From: Bdellovibrionales bacterium
GTDB taxonomy: Bacteria > Bdellovibrionota > Bdellovibrionia > Bdellovibrionales > UBA1609
Reading direction: 5' to 3'
Assembly: GCA_965205945.1 (NCBI GenBank)
Contig: CBDBIB010000003.1
Span: 448,394-512,393, forward strand
Length of the DNA stretch: 64,000 nt
Part shown: piece after piece, positions 1 through 10,029 of the stretch
Layout: the number at the start of each line of letters is the position of its first letter
Position numbering within the stretch: position 1 is the first letter of the stretch
Notes under the pieces: model-generated
Databases searched by the model: none
The model's input: the letters and a program-made list of their open reading frames with translations, nothing else
What the model was told of the DNA's origin: nothing
Translations under genes and position numbers: made by a program

Positions 1-1
1 A

Positions 2-1102
2 AAGGGCTTTAACCCGGTTTTTGTAAAACAAATTGAAGGAAAAGCAGGTGGAAGTAGTATTTTTTCTAAAAAACTTAGCGATAAAGAGTTTCAGCTCTTT
101 TTAAGGCAATTTTCAGTACTTTTAAAATCAGGAGTGCCACTTCTTGAAAGCTTAAAATCATTAAAAGAAGGCGCGTCATCTTCTACGCTGTCTGAGTTAT
201 TAAGGTCTCTTATTCAAGATATTGAAAAGGGAAAAACATTATATGAAGGAATGAATAAACACATTAAAACCTTTGAACCTATGGTTGTAAATCTAGTTAA
301 GGTTGGTGAGCATGGTGGTGTTTTGGCTGAAATTTTTGATCAGCTTGGAATTTATTTTGAAAAGAGAAAAAGGTTAAAATCTAAAGTTATAGGAGCTTTA
401 ACATACCCGGTAATTACTATTGTAGTTGCTTTAGGGGCATTAACTGCAATTTTAGCTTTTGTAATACCTAAATTTGAAAAACTATTTACAGCTAAAGGAC
501 AAGAGCTTCCACAGTTGACTCAAATGGTGATTGATTTAAGCCATATTTTTATAGAAAATTGGTATATAGTGATTTTTGCAACTGTAGTGCTACCAGTAGG
601 TTTATCTTTTTTCTACAAAACAGGCCCGTTAAGGGAGTCATTAGATGCATTGTTTTTAAGAATTCCTTTATTTGGAGACTTGATTAAAAAAAGCTGCATA
701 GCTAGAATGAGTAGGACCCTTTCCGTACTTTTAAGATCAGGTATTAGGATCAATGATGCTATGGATATTACCATTGGAACAATGGGCAATGTAATTGTAG
801 ATAAATATATGATTGAAGCAAAAGTAGGAATTATGGAAGGCCAGCCTCTTTCTAAAATGCTTAAACAAACAAAGTTTTTTCCAATAATAGTAATTCAAAT
901 GATCCTTATTGGTGAAAAAACAGGAAATTTAGATTCTATGTTTGGAAAAATTGCTGATTTTTATGAGGAAGAGGTGGAGCAAGTAGCTGATCAATTAACA
1001 GGCTTATTAGAGCCAGCAGTTATTGTGTTTTTAGGTGGGATGGTTGGAACACTTGTTATAGCAATGTTTCTTCCAGTTTTTAATATGAGTAGTGTTCTTT
1101 AA
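2..1102 (+). CDS. pilC: Type IV pilus inner-membrane platform protein PilC (T2SS F family), 5'-truncated by the window edge
   Basis: Frame is open from base 2 (KGFNPVF...FLRQFSVLLKSGVPLL), so the track start at 134 is internal. Two GspF-like repeats (VGEHGGVL, IGEKTGNLD) and C-terminal AMFLPVF. Followed by pilS-pilR-like genes. Confidence 0.93.
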   Translation, partial: KGFNPVFVKQIEGKAGGSSIFSKKLSDKEFQLFLRQFSVLLKSGVPLLESLKSLKEGASSSTLSELLRSLIQDIEKGKTLYEGMNKHIKTFEPMVVNLVKVGEHGGVLAEIFDQLGIYFEKRKRLKSKVIGALTYPVITIVVALGALTAILAFVIPKFEKLFTAKGQELPQLTQMVIDLSHIFIENWYIVIFATVVLPVGLSFFYKTGPLRESLDALFLRIPLFGDLIKKSCIARMSRTLSVLLRSGIRINDAMDITIGTMGNVIVDKYMIEAKVGIMEGQPLSKMLKQTKFFPIIVIQMILIGEKTGNLDSMFGKIADFYEEEVEQVADQLTGLLEPAVIVFLGGMVGTLVIAMFLPVFNMSSVL

Positions 1103-2664
1103 TGCTTGGTATTAAAGATTTAAAACCTTTAAGTATTGATGCTTTTATGCTGTTTAAGGTAAGCTCTTTGGCTTTGCTTGCTATGTATTTCCTGTTTGAA
1201 ATAGAAATGTGGAGAATTATTTTTTCAAATCAAATTTTTTATAAAAAAGCAATTGCATTGTTATTTTTCTGCTCCTTATACTTTGGAATATATAATATAA
1301 AAGAAAAAATTAAATTTAATAGTTTAATTTTAACACTTTGTTTCTTTGATATTTTTTTCATTGCTATATACTTTTTTTACTCTTCAATCCCGATTAATCT
1401 TTTTGTGGGGCTATTGAGTGTGAATATTTTAATCGCAGGTTTTAATTTATCACTAGTCAACCTTGGGGTTATTACTAGTATGTCCATATTTATATTAACA
1501 ATATTTTTAAATTTTAAAGATCTTTTAGAAATTAAATATGGTTTTATGTATATCTTCTTAAATTCTTTAAGTTTTATAATTTATGGAGGGGCTTCATATT
1601 TTCTTCAAACTTTTTTTAAAAAAAATAAAGGTGAGATGACAATTCTAACCAAGCATTTATTTAAGGAAAGAGAGTTAAATAAAGCGGTGTTAAGCTCTTT
1701 AAAAACTTCAGTTTTTATAACAGAACGTGAGGGAACACCTCAACCACTTAATGATGCTGCAAGAAAAATTCTTGATAATGATATGATTAAGATGTTAAAG
1801 CCATTTAGTGATTATCCTTTGAATAAAGAGGGTTCTGTTAAAGAAATCAAAGTTAATGAGCGATTTTATAAAGTCTATGGATCTGGTTTAAAATCAGGCT
1901 CAAATACACAACATGTAAAGCAAAATGTTTTACTAGTAAGTGATGAGACTAGTAGTAAAAAAGCTCAAAAAGAACTTGAAGAAGCTCGAAAACTTTCAGC
2001 TATTGGAACTTTATCAGCAGGCCTAGCCCATGAAATTAGAAACCCCCTTGCAGGTATAAGTGGAAGTATTCAACTTCTTAAAGAAGGCTTTGCTAATGCT
2101 AAAGATTCTAAAAAGCTTTTTAATACAGTACTTAGAGAAATTGATAGGCTAAACTTACTGATTGTGGATTTTTTAAGCTTTGCCCACCCAGAAATATATT
2201 TGATAGATAAAATTGAAATCTCAAATTTTCTTAAAGACATTGTTCTTTTATTAAAACAAGATATTCGATCAAAAGATGTTCAGATTAAGGTTAATTGTCA
2301 AACTTTTAAACTTGTCGTTGATCAGCATAAACTAAGGCAAGTTCTTATAAATCTTATTATTAATAGCTTTCAAGCATTTTCTCAAGAACAAAAAACCCTG
2401 CTAGAAAGTAAAGGTGAAGCTTGTAAGGTTACTATTTTAGGAGAGAAACTAGACTCTGGTTATAGCCTTAAAGTCAAGGACAACGGTAAGGGTATAAAAA
2501 AATCAGAATTAAATATAATTTTTGAGCCATTTCATACGACAAAGGACAAGGGAACAGGCTTGGGTTTGGCGCTAACTCATCGTATTCTAGACAAGCATGG
2601 CGCAAGTATTTTAGTAGAAAGTGAACTTGAAAAAGGAACAGTATTTACAATTCTTTTTAAATAA
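1102..2664 (+). CDS. pilS: Membrane sensor histidine kinase, PilS-like
   Basis: N-terminal multi-TM region, H-box LAHEIRNPL, N-box QVLINLIINS, G1 VKDNGKGI, F box IFEPFHTTK, G2 GTGLGL. Lies between pilC and an NtrC-type regulator. Confidence 0.85.
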   Translation: MLGIKDLKPLSIDAFMLFKVSSLALLAMYFLFEIEMWRIIFSNQIFYKKAIALLFFCSLYFGIYNIKEKIKFNSLILTLCFFDIFFIAIYFFYSSIPINLFVGLLSVNILIAGFNLSLVNLGVITSMSIFILTIFLNFKDLLEIKYGFMYIFLNSLSFIIYGGASYFLQTFFKKNKGEMTILTKHLFKERELNKAVLSSLKTSVFITEREGTPQPLNDAARKILDNDMIKMLKPFSDYPLNKEGSVKEIKVNERFYKVYGSGLKSGSNTQHVKQNVLLVSDETSSKKAQKELEEARKLSAIGTLSAGLAHEIRNPLAGISGSIQLLKEGFANAKDSKKLFNTVLREIDRLNLLIVDFLSFAHPEIYLIDKIEISNFLKDIVLLLKQDIRSKDVQIKVNCQTFKLVVDQHKLRQVLINLIINSFQAFSQEQKTLLESKGEACKVTILGEKLDSGYSLKVKDNGKGIKKSELNIIFEPFHTTKDKGTGLGLALTHRILDKHGASILVESELEKGTVFTILFK

Positions 2665-2711
2665 GCTGTGTATTTGTAAATAGGTATAAAAATTTTAATG
2701 AAAGGAATGTT

Positions 2712-4124
2712 ATGAGCCTGAAGCAAAAAATTCTTATAGTAGATGATGAGGCTTCCATAAGAGAGTTTCTTCAGATTATGCTTAAGAAAGAAAAAAAGTA
2801 TGAAATTACTTTAGCTGAAGATGGAGAGGAAGCAATTCAAATACTAAAGAAAAAAACTTTTGATCTTGTAATTTCAGATTTGCAAATGCCTAAAAAAACA
2901 GGAATGGATATTTTAACGCACATTAATCAAATGTGTCCTCAAACAGTTTTTATATTAATCACAGCATTTGGTTCTACTGAAACTGCTGTAGAGGCAATGA
3001 AACTTGGAGCTTATGATTATATTACTAAACCTTTTAAACTTGATGAAGTGAGTATTAATATTTCCCATGCTTTAGAAAGTGTTAAACTTAGAAAAGAAAA
3101 TAGAACACTAAAAAGAGAACTTAAAAGAACTTATAATTTTGAAAATCTTGTAGGTAATAGTGAGAAAATGCATGAAATTTATGAAATTGTTAAACGTGTA
3201 AGTTTGGTTCCAACAAATGTTTTGGTTACTGGTGAAAGTGGAACAGGTAAGGAGGTTATTGCAAAAGCAATTCATTATAATGGCCCGTTAAAAGAAGCTC
3301 CTTTTATAACGGTAAACTGTGGTGCTATTCCTGAAAATCTTATAGAATCAGAGATGTTTGGCCATAAAAAAGGCTCATTTACAGGAGCTGTTCAAGATAA
3401 AATGGGTTTGTTTCAAGCTGCTCATGGTGGAACTTTGTTTTTAGATGAAATTGGCGAACTGCCACTTAATATTCAAGTAAAACTGCTAAGAGCTTTACAA
3501 GAAAGAATTATTAGACCTGTAGGTTCAAATGAAAATATAAAAGTTGATTTAAGAATTATTGCTGCTACAAATAGGAATCTTGAAAATATGGTTGCTGAGG
3601 CTACATTTAGACAAGATCTTTATTATCGATTAAATGTAATCAATATTCACGCCCCAGCATTAAGAGACAGGAAAGAAGACATCTCTCTTTTAGCTATACA
3701 TTTTTTGCATAAGTTTAATGAAAGACTTGGTCGTGATGTGAGTAGCATTTCAGCTGAAGCTTTAGAGAGATTAGAAAACTATAATTTTCCGGGAAATGTA
3801 AGGGAGTTAGAAAATATTATTGAACGTTCTATGGCATTAGAGATTGGAAATTCTATTTTGCCTGAGTCACTTCCACCTTTAGTCCAAACAGAATCGGGTA
3901 GAAAATATGCATCAGTTCATGAAATTATTATTACTGATGATGGAGTTGAGCTTGATAAGATTATGGATCAGATTGAAAAAGAAATGTTACTTAAAGCCAT
4001 GCATGCCTCAGGTGGTGTAAAAAAACATGCTGCAAAGCTTTTAGGGATTTCATTTCGATCAATGAGATATAGAGCAGAAAAACATAACTTAAATGCTCTT
4101 TTAGATGATGAAATAGCCTCTTAA
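2712..4124 (+). CDS. pilR: Sigma54-dependent response regulator (REC-AAA+-HTH), PilR-like
   Basis: REC (ILIVDDE, ISDLQMP), Walker A GESGTGKE, GSFTGA loop, Walker B LFLDEIGE, YNFPGNVRELEN, C-terminal HTH (AAKLLGISFRSMRYR). Confidence 0.88.
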   Translation: MSLKQKILIVDDEASIREFLQIMLKKEKKYEITLAEDGEEAIQILKKKTFDLVISDLQMPKKTGMDILTHINQMCPQTVFILITAFGSTETAVEAMKLGAYDYITKPFKLDEVSINISHALESVKLRKENRTLKRELKRTYNFENLVGNSEKMHEIYEIVKRVSLVPTNVLVTGESGTGKEVIAKAIHYNGPLKEAPFITVNCGAIPENLIESEMFGHKKGSFTGAVQDKMGLFQAAHGGTLFLDEIGELPLNIQVKLLRALQERIIRPVGSNENIKVDLRIIAATNRNLENMVAEATFRQDLYYRLNVINIHAPALRDRKEDISLLAIHFLHKFNERLGRDVSSISAEALERLENYNFPGNVRELENIIERSMALEIGNSILPESLPPLVQTESGRKYASVHEIIITDDGVELDKIMDQIEKEMLLKAMHASGGVKKHAAKLLGISFRSMRYRAEKHNLNALLDDEIAS

Positions 4125-4197
4125 TAGCTAATTAAAATGTTAATTTTAAAAAAATTGACTTATGGTAGCTTTAATTAATAAAGCTTGGATTTTAGTG

Positions 4198-4213
4198 TGG
4201 CCATCTGTGTGCA
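4198..4213 (+). promoter_or_regulatory. Candidate sigma54 -24/-12 promoter
   Basis: TGGCCATCTGTGTGCA has GG at 4199-4200 and GC at 4211-4212, exactly 10 nt apart. It sits where pilA usually follows pilR. Confidence 0.35.
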
Positions 4214-4280
4214 GCTCATATAAAAGCTTGTACTTTTATGATTATGATTCATAAAGAAGCTATGGAAAACGAATTAAGAT

Positions 4281-4315
4281 AAAAAAAGACTCTCGGTTTT
4301 AATCGAGTCTTTTTT
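4281..4315. terminator. Bidirectional intrinsic terminator
   Basis: AAAAAAGACTC-loop-GAGTCTTTTTT hairpin with A-run and T-run flanks, between the convergent pilR and S8 protease genes. Confidence 0.8.
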
Positions 4316-4344
4316 ATTATTTTTTACTATTTTAAGCTGAATGC

Positions 4345-5832
4345 TTATTGGCAAAGACCAGGGTTAATGGGGCAAATGATAGAGCATATTTGAGGATCAA
4401 AAGGGCAGCTTCCACCGTTACCTTCATCAACATCAGAAAGATCAGAGATTCTGATTGTTAAAGAACTTACAATTTTACCAGAAGTGTTTTTAGCTGTAAG
4501 AATAGTTTCTCCATTTGCAATAGCAGTTAAAATACCTGAAGAATCAATTGTTGCAGCATCAGTGTTAGAGCTTGTGTATTCAACAACATTCATGTTTTTT
4601 ACATAGAAAGCTTGAGTTTTTCCAGGGCTAACATAAGTAGTTGATGGAACAAAGTATGGAGTGTTTTGATTTAGTGAAGTAAAAGCGTTTAAAACGTTAA
4701 TTCGACAGTTACAAGCAACTTTTAGTCCATCGATTTTATCACCAGTTGACTGAATTAAGGCTTTTATTTCTTCAGGAGTAAGGCTGGTATCTTGAGCTTT
4801 TAAGAAAGCTAAAGCGCCAGAAACAAAAGGAGTAGACATAGAAGTACCAGATAAGTTTTGGTATTTATCTCTTGGAGTTGTGCTTATGATATCTACACCT
4901 GGAGCCGCAATATCTACTTTATGAACACCATAATTTGAAAAGCTTGCAAGTTTGTCATTTGAATCTGTTGCTGCAACAGAGATTACATTAGAAAGGCGGG
5001 CATTTGTAGGGTAGAAGTTTGCAGAATCATTATTTTTACTGCTATTTGCAGCAGCGGCAACAAAGACGATTCCAGCAGCTTGAGCTCTTTGGATAGCCTC
5101 GATAATGGGTTGTGCATCAGTCATACTTACTTCAGCTCCCCAGCTATTAGACATAATGTGAGCACCTTGTTCAATTGCAAAATCAATTGCCTTAATAGCA
5201 TTCATTAAATCTCCACTACCGTTTTCATCTAAGAATCTAATTGGAATGATAGAAACAATAGGGCTTGCACCTTGTGTTCCATTGTCAACAGTTCCTGTTG
5301 CACCAACTGAGCCGGAACAGTGAGTTCCGTGACCAGGGTTTTGAAAACTTATTTCATCCATGGGATCATTGTCATCTTTTGCAAAATCATAACCAGGAAG
5401 CATATTTGCTTTTAAGGATTCATGATTATAATCAACACCAGTATCAATTACGGCAACTTTAATATCTTTTGAGCCCGTATTTCCAGCAGCAGCCCAGGCT
5501 TCTTGAGCACGAGTAATTATATTGGCATATTGATCTTTTAGTGTAGCAAGTGGTGTGTAGTTTGCTCTAAAAATTTTTAATTGATAGTTCTTAACAACGT
5601 ATTTAATGCCTTTTATATTTTGTAAAAAAGCTTTTTGATCTAAAAGGGTCTTTATTTTTGCAAGGTTTCCTGGGTAATGGACTTGAGTGACCTTAGAGTT
5701 ATCCATTGTTTTTACTTTTTTTAAAAGTTCATTCAAAGTTCTTTCATCCTTAAACTTTACAATATATTCTGTAGCACTTGCTGAAAATGTTAAAAATAAA
5801 ATTATTAAAACAAGTAATGCCTTAATATACAT
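4345..5832 (-). CDS. Secreted subtilisin-like S8 serine protease with Big_2 (Ig-like) domain and Cys-rich C-terminal tail
   Basis: Signal peptide, I9-like prodomain, catalytic triad VAVIDTG / HGTHCSG / GTSMSTP, Ig-like YTSSNTDAATIDSSGILTA, tail CPFDPQICSIICPINPGLC. Confidence 0.92.
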   Translation of the reverse strand: MYIKALLVLIILFLTFSASATEYIVKFKDERTLNELLKKVKTMDNSKVTQVHYPGNLAKIKTLLDQKAFLQNIKGIKYVVKNYQLKIFRANYTPLATLKDQYANIITRAQEAWAAAGNTGSKDIKVAVIDTGVDYNHESLKANMLPGYDFAKDDNDPMDEISFQNPGHGTHCSGSVGATGTVDNGTQGASPIVSIIPIRFLDENGSGDLMNAIKAIDFAIEQGAHIMSNSWGAEVSMTDAQPIIEAIQRAQAAGIVFVAAAANSSKNNDSANFYPTNARLSNVISVAATDSNDKLASFSNYGVHKVDIAAPGVDIISTTPRDKYQNLSGTSMSTPFVSGALAFLKAQDTSLTPEEIKALIQSTGDKIDGLKVACNCRINVLNAFTSLNQNTPYFVPSTTYVSPGKTQAFYVKNMNVVEYTSSNTDAATIDSSGILTAIANGETILTAKNTSGKIVSSLTIRISDLSDVDEGNGGSCPFDPQICSIICPINPGLCQ

Positions 5833-6088
5833 ATATAACGTCCTTTCTATAGATGAATTATAACTTTCTTGTTATAACTAACAGGGGATATTTTCTCCAC
5901 CTTTGTTATAACCTGACAATAAGATTCATGACATAGGCCTAGTCTATTTAGACCTAAGCCTTTAAAATAGATTAAAGAAGAGGGTATTTTTTCAAATATA
6001 TGTTTGCTCAATGAGCACGCAGTCATGTGTAGATACTTATTATAAAAGCTTGTAGCGTTTTTTTATTGAAAAAGACAAAGGGGAAGAG

Positions 6089-7585
6089 ATGAAAGTAGTT
6101 TTGTTTGTTTTAGTTTTATGGTCTAGCCCAAGCTTAGTTTTTGCAGGGGTGAGCGATAGTGTAAATGCTTTTTTTGGTGAGCTTAATCATATTATAGGGT
6201 CTGTTATTTTCTTTGATGCACTGTTTTTTATAAAAGGGGCTTCACTACCTTTAGCAGTAGCATGGCTTATTATGGGTGCAATATTTTTTACGTTTAAAAT
6301 GAAATTTATTAATTTTACAGGTGTTAAGCATGCTTTTAATGTTGTTCGTGGCAAGTATGTATCTAAAGAAAAAAAACAAGATGAGATTGGTGAGGTTACT
6401 CATTTTCAAGCACTTACAGCGGCTCTCTCAGCAACAGTTGGGCTAGGAAATATTGCAGGTGTTGCAATTGCAATTAGCTTAGGTGGTCCAGGGGCAACAT
6501 TTTGGATGATTCTTGCAGGTCTTATAGGTATGGCTTCTAAGTTTACAGAATGTACACTCGCACAGATTTATAGAGTCAAACGCTCTAATGGAAGAGTTTT
6601 AGGTGGTCCAATGGAGTACTTATCAAGGGGTCTTAAGGAGATTGGGTACACTAAATTAGGAAAAATACTTTCTGTTATTTTTGCAGTTTTATGTATTGGT
6701 GGGTCTTTTGGTGGTGGTGGGGCTTTTCAGGTGAATCAATCGTTATCAGCAGTAAAATTGTCAATTCCTGTTTTTAGTCAACACCCTTGGCTTTATGGCG
6801 TGTTATTTTCATTTTTTGTAGGGGTTGTGATAATTGGTGGGATTAAAAGAATTGCTCTTACAGCTGAGAAAGTAGTTCCAATTATGTGTGGAATTTATTT
6901 ATTAGTGAGTATATATATTATTCTAGTTCATTTTTCAGAGATTCCATTAGCAATTGCTTCTATTTTTGCAGGAGCATTTACGCCTGAAGCAGGCTATGGC
7001 GGTTTTATTGGAGTTTTAGTGGTGGGTTTTCAAAGGGCGGCTTTTTCTAATGAAGCTGGTGTAGGTTCAGCCCCAATTGCTCACTCTGCAGCAAAAAGTG
7101 ATCACCCGGTAAGAGAAGGTGTGGTAGCTTTGTTAGAGCCTTTAATTGATACAGTTATTGTATGCACCATTACGGCTTTGGTTATTATAATTACAGGTGC
7201 TTATAATGCGCCTGAGTATGAAGCCTTAAGAGTAGCTAAAGAAGGGGCTGCTTTGACTTCAGAAGCTTTTGGATCTGTGGTTTCTTGGTTTTCATTGGTG
7301 TTGTCAATGGCTGTGGTGCTTTTTGCTTTCTCTTCAATTATTTCATGGTCTTACTATGGTGAGCGCTGCTGGGTGTATTTATTTGGAGACAAGTATTCGA
7401 TAGGATATAAAGTATTGCTTTTAATTATTATATTTTGTGGAGCAATCACATCATCTACAAATATTTTAGAATTTGGTGATTTAATGATTTTAGGAATGGC
7501 GTTTCCAAATATTTTAGGCCTTTATTTCTTAAGTGGAAAAGTACGAGAATCTTTACAAGATTATAGAGCTAAATATATGAGTTAA
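6089..7585 (+). CDS. Alanine/glycine:cation symporter (AgcS/AlsT family)
   Basis: ALSATVGLGNIAGVA, GGPGATFWM, RAAFSNEAGVGSAPIAH, LLEPLIDTVIVCTITAL motifs; multi-TM. Confidence 0.93.
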   Translation: MKVVLFVLVLWSSPSLVFAGVSDSVNAFFGELNHIIGSVIFFDALFFIKGASLPLAVAWLIMGAIFFTFKMKFINFTGVKHAFNVVRGKYVSKEKKQDEIGEVTHFQALTAALSATVGLGNIAGVAIAISLGGPGATFWMILAGLIGMASKFTECTLAQIYRVKRSNGRVLGGPMEYLSRGLKEIGYTKLGKILSVIFAVLCIGGSFGGGGAFQVNQSLSAVKLSIPVFSQHPWLYGVLFSFFVGVVIIGGIKRIALTAEKVVPIMCGIYLLVSIYIILVHFSEIPLAIASIFAGAFTPEAGYGGFIGVLVVGFQRAAFSNEAGVGSAPIAHSAAKSDHPVREGVVALLEPLIDTVIVCTITALVIIITGAYNAPEYEALRVAKEGAALTSEAFGSVVSWFSLVLSMAVVLFAFSSIISWSYYGERCWVYLFGDKYSIGYKVLLLIIIFCGAITSSTNILEFGDLMILGMAFPNILGLYFLSGKVRESLQDYRAKYMS

Positions 7586-7745
7586 AGGTCTATAAACCAT
7601 TTGGAATAGCTTAATAGTATTTTTAAAAGATTGAAAAATAGTCAGCCTCCATGTTGGAGGCATGGAGAAATTTGGAGATGGTAGGTAATTTACAGAGACT
7701 CAATTTTAAAATAAGGGGGGCAAAAAGTCCCCTAAATTGTTACAG

Positions 7746-9140
7746 TTAATATAAATAAACCGCACCTGAATTTACAGCGTCATTATTATCTTGATCACCA
7801 CCAACATCGTTTGCATTGCTGTCCTCACTAAGTGCTCCTACAGCCAAGGTATTGCCATCACCACTTAAGCTACAAATAGAGCTGTCATCGTTCTGCTCAG
7901 TATTGCTAGTTTTAATGTAGGCTTCTTGTGTCCAAGTTGCTCCTGTTCGAGTAAAGATATACACAGCACCTGATCTAGAGGCTGAATTATCAGTTTGATC
8001 TTGATTAATACCCCTTGCATTGCTGTCCTCACTAAGTGCTCCTACAGCCAAGGTATTGCCATTACCACTTAAGCTCACCTTAAAACCAAAATAATCACCC
8101 ATACCTATATTACTAGCGTAAATGTAGGTTTCTTCTGCCCAACTTGCTCCTGTGCGAATAAACACATAAGCCGCACCTGCTTCAGAAATTGAATTATTTG
8201 CACCACTCCGCTGACTAATTGCCCCTACAGCCAAGGTATTGCCATCATCACTTAAGCTCACACTATTGCCAAAATTATCATCCCCTTTAGTATTACTAGC
8301 TTTAATGTAGGCTTCTTGTGTCCAAGTTGCTCCTGTTCGAGTAAAGATATACACAGCACCTGAATTTACAGCGTCATTATTATCTTGATCACCACCAACA
8401 TCGTTTGCATTGCTGTCCTCATAAGGTGCTCCTACAGCCAAGGTATTGCCATCATCACTTAAGCTCACACTATTGCCAAAATTATCATTCTCATCAGTAT
8501 TACTAGCTTTAATGTAGGCTTCTTGTGTCCAAGTTGCTCCTGTTCGAGTAAAGATATACACAGCACCTGAATTTGCAGCGTCATTATTATCTTGATCACC
8601 ACCAACACCTTCTGCATTACTGTTCTCATTAGGTGCTCCTACAGCCAAGGTATTGCCATCATCACTTAAGCTCACACTATTGCCAAAATTATCATTCTCA
8701 TCAGTATTACTAGCTTTAATGTAGGCTTCTTGTGTCCAAGTTGCTCCTGTTCGAGTAAAGATATACACAGCACCTGAATTTGCAGCGTCATTATTATCTT
8801 GATCACCACCAACATCGTTTGCATTACTGTTCTCATTAGGTGCTCCTACAGCCAAGGTATTGCCATCATCACTTAAGCTCACACTAAAACCAAAATTATC
8901 ATTCTCATCAGTATTACTAGCTTTAATGTAGGCTTCTTGTGTCCAAGTTGCTCCTGTTCGAGTAAAGATATACACAGCACCTGATCTAGAGGCTGAATTA
9001 TCAGTTTGATCTTGATTAATACCCCTTGCATTGCTGTCCTCACTAAGTGCTCCTACAGCCAAGGTATTGCCATCATCACTTAAGCTCACACTAAAACCAA
9101 AATTATCACCCTTATCAGTATTACTAGCTTTAAAATAGCC
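7746..9140. repeat. Intragenic tandem repeat, ~207-bp unit (69 aa), 7 copies
   Basis: GCTTCTTGTGTCCAAGTTGCTCCTGTTCGAGTAAAGATATACACAGCACCTGA recurs at 7921, 8311, 8518, 8725 and 8932. Period is 207 bp, with one shorter, divergent unit. Confidence 0.95.
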
Positions 9141-9755
9141 AATATTACTCACTAAGTTATTAACATTAATATCTATTGAATCACTCTCAACGCAAGTACT
9201 AGAATCCTTACAAACACGAATCTTATAACTAGCGTTAACACGCTTATAAAGTGGCACTACTAAATTAAAACTTGTCTCCCCTTTTAAAATATTTGTACCA
9301 ACTTGACTAAAATCGCCACTTCCATCTGAATCTTCTAATAATTGGTAAGAGTCAGTTTTTATATTAGGCCATGAAAATGTAAAAGTTTTAATATCATTAA
9401 AAGTAACTTTGAGTGACGGTTTATCTACAACGTTAACAGTATACTCATTACTAATAGGAGTGTAAGTGTCATCTCCTTCTTTGGTTGCTGTGATGGTAAC
9501 TGTACCAGAGCTAAGAGGTGTGACTTCCCCTGTATTTGTGTCAACTGTAGCAACAGCTTGGTTGCTTGACTCATAAGTAATAGTTCCCGTACCTGAACCA
9601 CCTGTGGCTGCTTGAGTAAAATCTCCAAAAGCAAGAATTGCAGTATGATTATCGCCCACATTAAGAGCGATTTGCATTTTTTTAGATGATGAACTACAAC
9701 TTACTAAGTTTAGTGCTACAATTACTACTAAGAATGATTGGATGATTTTATTCAT
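7746..9755 (-). CDS. Lipoprotein with Big_2 domain and seven FG-GAP/integrin-alpha-like repeats (predicted beta-propeller surface protein)
   Basis: Lipobox LVSC, Ig-like ITYESSNQAVATVD, then seven repeats of YxKASNT...FGxSVSLSxDGNTLAVGA...SGAVY. Confidence 0.85.
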   Translation of the reverse strand: MNKIIQSFLVVIVALNLVSCSSSSKKMQIALNVGDNHTAILAFGDFTQAATGGSGTGTITYESSNQAVATVDTNTGEVTPLSSGTVTITATKEGDDTYTPISNEYTVNVVDKPSLKVTFNDIKTFTFSWPNIKTDSYQLLEDSDGSGDFSQVGTNILKGETSFNLVVPLYKRVNASYKIRVCKDSSTCVESDSIDINVNNLVSNIGYFKASNTDKGDNFGFSVSLSDDGNTLAVGALSEDSNARGINQDQTDNSASRSGAVYIFTRTGATWTQEAYIKASNTDENDNFGFSVSLSDDGNTLAVGAPNENSNANDVGGDQDNNDAANSGAVYIFTRTGATWTQEAYIKASNTDENDNFGNSVSLSDDGNTLAVGAPNENSNAEGVGGDQDNNDAANSGAVYIFTRTGATWTQEAYIKASNTDENDNFGNSVSLSDDGNTLAVGAPYEDSNANDVGGDQDNNDAVNSGAVYIFTRTGATWTQEAYIKASNTKGDDNFGNSVSLSDDGNTLAVGAISQRSGANNSISEAGAAYVFIRTGASWAEETYIYASNIGMGDYFGFKVSLSGNGNTLAVGALSEDSNARGINQDQTDNSASRSGAVYIFTRTGATWTQEAYIKTSNTEQNDDSSICSLSGDGNTLAVGALSEDSNANDVGGDQDNNDAVNSGAVYLY

Positions 9756-10029
9756 TTAATGATACTCCTTATCTTTAGTTTTGGGACTTAAAGTATAAAT
9801 TTAATTTTTAAATTAAAGCAACAAATAGTTAGATATAAAAAAATAAAGGTTAAGAACCTTAGAATTTAATTTTTTTTAGGACGTAAGTCTTTGATAAATA
9901 AAAAATCATTCAAGTCTTTAGTAAGAAGTTTTTAGAACTCTTAAAGAAAACTAAATTGTAGAAGTTTTTACTCTAGTCAATCCGAGTTCGGGCTTAGTAT
10001 TTAATCTTAGGTTAGTTTGATTTAAGAAA

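Noticed and set aside
5833-6088. Glycine riboswitch upstream of the alanine/glycine symporter
   Set aside because: None of the conserved GGAGA / CCGAAG / CTCTCAGG aptamer motifs is present.
7746-9140. CRISPR array or DGR template/variable repeat pair
   Set aside because: The units are in-frame 207-bp coding repeats with no unique spacers. There are no cas or reverse transcriptase genes, and differences are not restricted to adenines.
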